Assembly (NCBI GenBank): GCA_001821395.1
Contig: MHLM01000001.1
Span: forward strand, 128,001-192,000
Origin: Candidatus Lloydbacteria bacterium RIFCSPHIGHO2_02_FULL_50_18
GTDB taxonomy: Bacteria; Patescibacteriota; Minisyncoccia; Phycocordibacterales; UBA6899
Length of the DNA: 64,000 nt
Direction: 5' to 3'
The translations under genes were made by a program, and so were the position numbers. The notes beneath the pieces are model-generated. The model saw only the letters and a list, made by a program, of their open reading frames with translations. It was not told the DNA's origin and ran no database searches. Positions 58,390 to 64,000 of this stretch are shown here, in pieces (the stretch's first letter is position 1; the number at the start of each line of letters is the position of its first letter).

Positions 58390-58423
58390 CCACGCCATAA
58401 AAACGCGTGGTCTTCTTTTATTT
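58390..58423 (+). terminator. plus-strand intrinsic terminator inside the rpsA upstream region
   Basis: ccacgcc-ataaaaa-cgcgtgg followed by tcttcttttattt. Confidence 0.5.
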
Positions 58424-58431
58424 ACCAAAAC

Positions 58432-58460
58432 TTGACAGTATTTGAGGAGATGGATAGATT
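58432..58460 (+). promoter_or_regulatory. sigma70-like promoter (TTGACA, 17-nt spacer, TAGATT)
   Basis: aaacTTGACAgtatttgaggagatggaTAGATTaagg. Lies about 515 nt upstream of the rpsA ATG. Confidence 0.5.
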
Positions 58461-58633
58461 AAGGCCTCGTGGTAAGCACTGAGCAATCAGACACAAACCT
58501 TGTTCATTCCCTTTGCTAAGGAGAGAGTATCGATGAAACGCAGTCAACAGAGTTTTATTTAAACGCCAGCCGGCCGGTGCTCGAAATAGGTTTGTCCCCA
58601 AAAGGACTCCCGTATTGAGCGCGAAAGCCCAAA

Positions 58634-58666
58634 GCCCCCACCCTAAAAGTGGGGGCCAATTTTTTA
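58634..58666 (+). terminator. plus-strand intrinsic terminator/attenuator in the rpsA leader
   Basis: gcccccaccc-taaaa-gtgggggc followed by caatttttt. Confidence 0.55.
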
Positions 58667-58975
58667 CATAGGGTACCCCTCTGTACATAGGGTACTCCTA
58701 TGTAGCAGTGACTTGCATAATTGGGACTCATTTGATAGTCTTTTGGCACAACTGAATATTAACAACACTATTGGGATTAACCCGTCATCAAGTAAGGGGG
58801 TTCCTCAAAATGGATGAAGTTCGAGACGTGGAGAAAGGGACGAGGAAGACATATTCATATATGTTGACCGAGTCACAGAGGCTCCACAACGAAGAAATTC
58901 GCCATTTTTAGAAACACTCACTGAGACGACCCCCAAGAGGAACAGTTATCTGCCCTCACGCAGATTTTTATTTTT

Positions 58976-60100
58976 ATGACTACAATAGAAGAAGATGAAG
59001 TGATCATCATTGGCGGCGAGCAAGTGCTCGACCCTGGCCACGTGATGACGAAGTATATGGCGGAGATCGTGAAGCGCCCGGAGCCGGGTGAGATTGTTGA
59101 AGGTCCCGTCATCAAAGTAGACAAGAAGGCTGTGTATATCAACATGCCTCCTTACGGCATCGGTATCATCTATGGCCGTGAGTACATGAACGCGCGCGAC
59201 CTCGTGAAGCACATGAACATCGGTGACGTCATCACCGCAAAGGTCGTTGAGAGCGAGAATGAGAATGGTTACGTCGAGCTTTCACTCAAGGAAGCACGTC
59301 AGTCGCTTATCTGGGCCGAGGCGGAAGATTACGTACGCAAGAAAACCGTACTGGACCTTATGGTAAAGGATGCGAACAAGGGCGGACTCATGCTCGACTG
59401 GCAGGGTATCTCAGGATTCCTTCCCGCATCACAACTCTCGGGAGATCATTACCCTCGCGTCACGGATGGTGACAAGGATAAGATCCTCGAGGAATTGAAG
59501 CGACTCGTTGGAGAGAAGCTTTCGGTCGTGATGATCACCGCGGTTCCAAAGGAAGGCAAACTCATCTTCTCGGAGAAGGAGCAGAATCAGAAAGAGAAGG
59601 AAGAGATCGTCGCGAAGTATCGACTCGGCTCGATTGTCGAAGGAGAGATCACCGGCATCGTCGACTTCGGTGCATTCATGAAGATTGAGGAGGGTCTCGA
59701 GGGGCTCATCCATATCTCAGAGATGGATTGGGGTCTTGTGGACGATCCACGCAAGCTCTTCAAGGTTGGTGAGCATGTGAAAGCGCAGATCATCGAGATC
59801 AAGGATAATAAGGTTTCGCTTTCCGTAAAGGTTCTAAAAGAAAACCCATGGAAAAGTGCTGAGAAGAAATATAAGAAAGGTGATGTCGTGAAAGGTGTTG
59901 TTATCAAATTCAACAAGTACGGCGCACTTGCCTCCATTGAGGAAGGTGTTGCGGGACTCGTCCATGTTTCGGAATTCGGCACAGAAGAGAAGCTTCGCGC
60001 CGCGATCGAACTTGGCAAGGTCTATCCGTTCACCATTACCCTCTTTGAGCCAAAGGACCAGCGCATGACGCTCTCGTTTACGACAGAGAAGAAGGCATAA
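58976..60100 (+). CDS. rpsA: 30S ribosomal protein S1 (four S1 domains)
   Basis: Repeated S1 OB-fold motifs (GEIVEGPVIKVD, GDVITAKVVES, GSIVEGEITGIVDFGAFMKI, GDVVKGVVIKFNKYGALASI). 374 aa. Confidence 0.85.
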   Translation: MTTIEEDEVIIIGGEQVLDPGHVMTKYMAEIVKRPEPGEIVEGPVIKVDKKAVYINMPPYGIGIIYGREYMNARDLVKHMNIGDVITAKVVESENENGYVELSLKEARQSLIWAEAEDYVRKKTVLDLMVKDANKGGLMLDWQGISGFLPASQLSGDHYPRVTDGDKDKILEELKRLVGEKLSVVMITAVPKEGKLIFSEKEQNQKEKEEIVAKYRLGSIVEGEITGIVDFGAFMKIEEGLEGLIHISEMDWGLVDDPRKLFKVGEHVKAQIIEIKDNKVSLSVKVLKENPWKSAEKKYKKGDVVKGVVIKFNKYGALASIEEGVAGLVHVSEFGTEEKLRAAIELGKVYPFTITLFEPKDQRMTLSFTTEKKA

Positions 60101-60127
60101 GCTCGCTCTCGGTATTGCTTGTCGAAA

Positions 60128-60178
60128 GAAAACACCACCCACTTGGCCTGCCTGCGCAGGCAGGGTGGTGTTTTCGTT
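60128..60178 (+). terminator. intrinsic terminator after rpsA
   Basis: aaaacaccaccc..ggcctgcctgcgcaggcag..ggtggtgttttcg, a long stem. Confidence 0.55.
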
Positions 60179-60242
60179 CGGGAATTGACAACACTATCGC
60201 AGTTGATAGCATGAGTATCAGCAATGTTGTTTGGAGGGAAAA

Positions 60243-60476
60243 ATGGCTGAGATCAAACGTGAACCCACGGGAATTCGCTGCAAACTTGAAAACTGTGAGG
60301 ACGGGATCATCATCAAGAAAACGGTCATCGAACTCGCTATCCCAAAAAGTGAGATTCGCATGGGAGGAGGACCCTTACCGATGCAGCATGTTGTGACCTG
60401 CTACTGCAATTCATGCGGGACCGTCTACGAGCCCGAAGTCATTCTCAAGAAGATGGGTTCCATGTCTCACCCATGA
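60243..60476 (+). CDS. small hypothetical protein with two CxxC-like pairs (zinc-ribbon-like)
   Basis: MAEIKREPTGIRCKLENCEDG...VVTCYCNSCGTVYEPE; 77 aa from the second Met. Confidence 0.3.
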   Translation: MAEIKREPTGIRCKLENCEDGIIIKKTVIELAIPKSEIRMGGGPLPMQHVVTCYCNSCGTVYEPEVILKKMGSMSHP

Positions 60477-60529
60477 ACTGGCAAAATTTTTTGCAAAAAA
60501 ACCGTACCAATTGGTACGGTTTTGCTATT

Positions 60530-61042
60530 TCAAAAGAGTTCTCTGCGCCAAAGATAGGCCGGTATCGCGAGTCGTTCGCGGAACGTGAACGATGAGCGGG
60601 AGCGAACCCACCATTCGTCAGCATCGAAATGATAACCGATCGATGGGTCGGTCATTCCCTTTGCGCCGGGGAATCTGGCATTACGGAGACACCGTATGCA
60701 GCGTTCCACATGATCCGGATGAGCCGCGGCATAAACCTGAGAAACCAAGTGGCGTCGTGCTGACAGAAAACCTGCTGCTGCGTCGGCGACATCGCGCGAA
60801 GAGAGATAGCCTCTTTCTTTCAGCGGAACGGTGTAATGGACCTGCGCACCGAGCGACCGGAGCTCTATAGCGACTTCCCACTGCGCGATCACATAGCAAC
60901 CTTCTTGGTCACCGCGTACGTATGACGCGACCATCCTCGCGATCTCCCGAGAACTGAGCGAGGGCTGGGTCTTTCCGATTCTGCCGAAAGAAAATGCAAC
61001 AATAGCCTTCAAGGAACACCTCCGTGTATCACGATGCTGCAT
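60530..61042 (-). CDS. DUF218 (YdcF/ElyC/SanA-like) domain protein; GC-rich relative to neighbours
   Basis: AIVAFSFGRIGKTQPSLSSREIARMVASYVRGDQ...VYAAAHPDHVERCIRCL resembles the YdcF fold motifs. Assignment is tentative. Confidence 0.4.
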   Translation of the reverse strand: MQHRDTRRCSLKAIVAFSFGRIGKTQPSLSSREIARMVASYVRGDQEGCYVIAQWEVAIELRSLGAQVHYTVPLKERGYLSSRDVADAAAGFLSARRHLVSQVYAAAHPDHVERCIRCLRNARFPGAKGMTDPSIGYHFDADEWWVRSRSSFTFRERLAIPAYLWRRELF

Positions 61043-61146
61043 CCAGACTACTTATTCATAAGCATGTCTGCAAGTGCCGAGCAATGAGCCGATGTAACAA
61101 CTGCAATTCAGGTATCTCGACCGAAGAGCGAATTTTCCGAGCGTTC

Positions 61147-61749
61147 TCAGCTCTTCAGGTCCTGCGATCTTACTTTTTTGATCGTATCTTTAAATTTTTC
61201 ATGACCATTAGTGATCAAAAAGACAATACGTTCCGCAATACCGATACTCCGACTTTTTATCGTGGACAATTCTTCAACAGTAAATTTTTCCAATACAAAA
61301 TCCCCTGCTTTTCTCCGTGGTGCGTCCAAGGTGATTGCTGGCGCGACTCCGACGCGGAAGCGGTAGAAATCGCGTGTCTTAATAGCGGCAATAATAGACA
61401 CCACCCCATTCTGTCCTCCTGCCCCACGGTCGCGTGCCGAACGCCAGTCTCCGGTTGGAAGATCGGCGTCGTCATGAATAACGATAAGCTGTGCGGCCTG
61501 ATCGGGACTTTTCACGAGCGTAAGAAGACTTTTGCCGGACTGATTCATATAAGTCTCCGGCTCGAGAAGGACAACCTCGTTCCCCGCGATCTCACCGTAT
61601 GACGCTAATGCATCATATGTTTTTTTATATTCCCAAGAAGAAAAGTTATATTTTTTTCGAAATTGCTCGATTACGATGCGTCCGGCATTATGACGCGTCT
61701 TTGCATATTCTCCTCCGGGATTTCCCAACCCTACGATAATCCATTTCAT
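61147..61749 (-). CDS. pth: peptidyl-tRNA hydrolase
   Basis: MKWIIVGLGNPGGEYAKTRHNAGRIV N-terminal signature, with conserved Asp/His region VIHDDADLP. Confidence 0.85.
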   Translation of the reverse strand: MKWIIVGLGNPGGEYAKTRHNAGRIVIEQFRKKYNFSSWEYKKTYDALASYGEIAGNEVVLLEPETYMNQSGKSLLTLVKSPDQAAQLIVIHDDADLPTGDWRSARDRGAGGQNGVVSIIAAIKTRDFYRFRVGVAPAITLDAPRRKAGDFVLEKFTVEELSTIKSRSIGIAERIVFLITNGHEKFKDTIKKVRSQDLKS

Positions 61750-61880
61750 TCCTGCATTGTAACGTAAATTCCTTTTTTTCATAGCATTGTATTTTCCGCG
61801 ACGTAAATGACGAGCGCTTCGCGGCGTGTCACACTTATTGCTATTGTGTCAAGGGGTTTTTTCCCGTATGATAAGCGGAA

Positions 61881-62531
61881 ATGAGCACCCAAAATAACCC
61901 CGTTTCAGATCAGCAAGACACGCACAACATCAACACAGAGAGCACAGAGGGGACGAACAGGAATGAGGGGAAAATTTCTACACTCAGGGTCATTTGGGAA
62001 ACCGTGCGCTACGCGATCATCGCCGCACTCATCATCATCCCCATTCGCACCTTCGTCGCACAGCCGTTTGTCGTATCCGGTAACTCTATGTATCCCACCT
62101 TTGAGAATGGGCAATATCTTATCGTCGATGAAACAGCAAAATACATCGGTGAATATCATCGTGGTGATGTGGTCATTCTTCGCTACCCCAATGATCCGTC
62201 AAAATTCTTCATCAAGCGCGTAATCGGACTCCCCGGAGAAACGGTGACCATTCAAAATGGCAAGGTTTCAATCACCAGCGCAACACAGAAAGAACCGTTG
62301 CTGTTGGATGAGCCCTATGTGAAAAATCCAAAGTTCGACAGCTCTTCACGCACGCTCGATAACGAAGAATTCTTCGTGATGGGCGACAATCGCGCACAAA
62401 GCTCCGACTCGCGTGTATGGGGCCCGGTACCAAGACGGCTCATGGACGGCAATGCGTTACTCCGACTGTATCCCCTCACGCTCGTCGCTCTCCATCCGGG
62501 AGGAATTCAAAGCTTTGGGGTCACCTATTGA
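61881..62531 (+). CDS. lepB: signal peptidase I
   Basis: TM anchor, catalytic Ser in VVSGNSMYPTF, Lys box KRVIGLPGE, and GDNRAQSSDSR. Confidence 0.8.
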   Translation: MSTQNNPVSDQQDTHNINTESTEGTNRNEGKISTLRVIWETVRYAIIAALIIIPIRTFVAQPFVVSGNSMYPTFENGQYLIVDETAKYIGEYHRGDVVILRYPNDPSKFFIKRVIGLPGETVTIQNGKVSITSATQKEPLLLDEPYVKNPKFDSSSRTLDNEEFFVMGDNRAQSSDSRVWGPVPRRLMDGNALLRLYPLTLVALHPGGIQSFGVTY

Positions 62532-62566
62532 TTATTTTTATTATTTATTCATTTAGTCTTCACGCT

Positions 62567-63958
62567 ATGACAAAGAAAGAGTCCGAAAAGAAAGAGATAC
62601 CGACAGCCCTCAAGGGAATGAGAGACCTGATCGGTGATGAATCACACAAGTACCAGGGCTTTTTTGAAAAGGCAGCGGAGGTTGCTATCTATTACGGATT
62701 TCAGCCGATCGATGTGCCGATCATGGAGCGCGAGGAGGTGTTCCTCTCTACGCAAAGCGAAGACACCGATCTCGTGGGGAAAGAAATGTACTCACTCAAG
62801 ACAAAGAGCGGGGAAAAACTCGCGTTGCGTCCCGAGGGTACCGCTCCCGTGATGCGCGCGTATCTTGAGCATGGCATGCAGTCACATCCGCAGCCCGTAA
62901 AATTCTACTACTACGGCTCATTTTTTCGTCACGACAATCCTCAACGCGGTCGCTATCGTGAATTCAAGCAGTTTGGCATTGAGATGATCGGCTCATCGAA
63001 ATCGATCAGTGACGCAATGGTGATCTATTTGAACGCTACCATCCTAAAAGAGGTCGGTCTCACAAACATCATGATTGATGTGAACTCGATCGGAGACAAG
63101 GAATCACGCGCGCCATATCTTCGTGAACTCACCGCATACTACCGAAAACATATCAATCACCTGTGTGCGAACTGTAAGCAGCGCATCAAGACGAACCCCC
63201 TGCGCCTGCTCGATTGTAAAAGTCCCGAGTGCCAACCATTCAAAGAGAAAGCTCCGCAATCGATCGCCCATCTTTCACCTGCAGCAAAACAGCACTTCAA
63301 GGAGGTCCTCGAGTTCCTTGATGCGCTCAAGCTCACCTATCGCATCAATACTAATCTCGTTCGCGGTCTCGACTATTACACACATACGGTCTTTGAGATC
63401 ACCGAGATCCCCGACGACCGACCGGCTGAGATCTTTGCCGAGAACGCAACACAGCTCGAAGCCACAGATAAGGAGAAGGACGACAAGAAAAAGAAGCATG
63501 AGCGTGAAGACGCGGAAAATGCGCCGATGTCCATCGCCGGAGGAGGTCGTTATGATTACCTTGCGAAACGCCTCGGAAGCAAAAAAGACATTCCCGCAGT
63601 CGGAAGCTCCATCGGTGTCGATCGTGTGCTATTGTCCCCCAACTACAAAGGCTCGGCACCACGCATCGTAAAGAAGCCGAAGATCTATTTCATCCAGCTT
63701 GGTTTCGAGGCAAAACTAAAGTCACTCGAGATCATTGAAGTACTGCGTAACGCACGTATTCCCGTTGTTCATGCACTCAACAAAGATTCGCTCGGAGCAC
63801 AGCTTGGTATCGCCGAGAGAATGCAGGTTCCCTATGCGCTCATCTTTGGACAGAAGGAAGCGCTTGAAGGCACGGTGATTGTGCGCAACATGCTCACCCG
63901 CTCACAGGAGACAATAAAGATCGCAAAGCTGGCGGATTATATAAAAGCCATCAAATAG
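62567..63958 (+). CDS. hisS: histidyl-tRNA synthetase (with a Lys/Asp/Glu-rich insertion)
   Basis: Class II motif 1/2 region LRPEGTAPVMRAY..FRHDNPQRGRYREF, motif 3 GGGRYD, and C-terminal anticodon-binding domain. Start taken at MTKKESEKKE to avoid overlap with lepB. Confidence 0.85.
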   Translation: MTKKESEKKEIPTALKGMRDLIGDESHKYQGFFEKAAEVAIYYGFQPIDVPIMEREEVFLSTQSEDTDLVGKEMYSLKTKSGEKLALRPEGTAPVMRAYLEHGMQSHPQPVKFYYYGSFFRHDNPQRGRYREFKQFGIEMIGSSKSISDAMVIYLNATILKEVGLTNIMIDVNSIGDKESRAPYLRELTAYYRKHINHLCANCKQRIKTNPLRLLDCKSPECQPFKEKAPQSIAHLSPAAKQHFKEVLEFLDALKLTYRINTNLVRGLDYYTHTVFEITEIPDDRPAEIFAENATQLEATDKEKDDKKKKHEREDAENAPMSIAGGGRYDYLAKRLGSKKDIPAVGSSIGVDRVLLSPNYKGSAPRIVKKPKIYFIQLGFEAKLKSLEIIEVLRNARIPVVHALNKDSLGAQLGIAERMQVPYALIFGQKEALEGTVIVRNMLTRSQETIKIAKLADYIKAIK

Positions 63959-64000
63959 AAACCGCTCGGCATTGCTTTTTGAGGGCACGCATAAAAGTCT

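Noticed and set aside
57900-58400. RNase P RNA, tmRNA or SRP RNA in the GC-rich block
   Set aside because: The universally conserved P4 strands, the SRP domain-IV GGAAGCAGCC motif and a tRNA-like tmRNA terminus were all absent on both strands. Left as an unassigned candidate ncRNA region.
62417-62566. Upstream 50-aa extension of hisS overlapping lepB
   Set aside because: The extension (MGPGTKTAHGRQCVTP...) is Arg/Ser-rich and overlaps the lepB 3' end in another frame. The conserved HisRS N-terminus begins at MTKKESEKKE (62567).
1-64000. Transposase, integrase, rRNA operon
   Set aside because: No translation in the ORF track shows DDE, tyrosine-recombinase or serine-recombinase motifs, and no rRNA-like conserved stretches were seen. 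The integration-like scars therefore lack an in-window recombinase.

Overview
This 64-kb window reads as a chromosomal segment from a small-genome bacterium, probably of the CPR/Patescibacteria type. That placement is an inference from a short IF-2, a four-domain S1 and tandem VirB2/T4SS-pilin-like paralogs. Gene density is high on both strands.

Housekeeping genes recognised from their translations are serS, dprA, topA, a Rel/SpoT homolog, parB, cdd, peroxiredoxin, miaA, alr, rpmG (missed by the ORF track), clpB, sod, a yhhQ-like transporter, iscS/nifS, infB, rbfA, gyrA, rpsA, pth, lepB, hisS, dus and a dnaX-like clamp-loader subunit. An efflux adaptor/permease pair with a divergent MarR regulator opens the window.

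Eight tRNA genes are present: Gln and Trp on the minus strand; Leu-CAA, Tyr, Cys, Leu-TAA, Lys and Leu-TAG on the plus strand.

The most unusual structure is a family of roughly 80-110 nt repeat units lying just downstream of almost every tRNA gene. Each unit starts with a reverse-complement-like image of the local tRNA T-arm and ends with a degenerate direct copy of that tRNA's T-arm plus acceptor end, so the two ends can pair. The units share internal motifs across loci and occur in one to about 2.5 tandem copies. The same kind of 3'-end scar is also seen at topA and next to tRNA-Gln.

Other accessory content:
- a minus-strand tandem array of eight small VirB2/T4SS-pilin-like membrane proteins, next to two large hypothetical membrane proteins driven by a strong consensus promoter
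- a roughly 1250-aa LamG / SASA-esterase / PG-binding surface protein split into two ORFs by an A8 homopolymer frameshift
- a 705-aa secreted protein built from six Cys4-His repeats and four helical Cys repeats
- a membrane-anchored Hsp100/Clp-like ATPase with a degenerate D1 domain, translationally coupled to a membrane protein
- a ytxG/ytxH-like operon ending in a 72-aa protein with 13 cysteines
- a ParD/ParE toxin-antitoxin pair with a palindromic operator
- a 1.1-kb GC-rich, ORF-poor region upstream of rpsA containing its own promoter and two terminators (candidate ncRNAs)

No CRISPR array, rRNA, transposase or integrase gene was seen.
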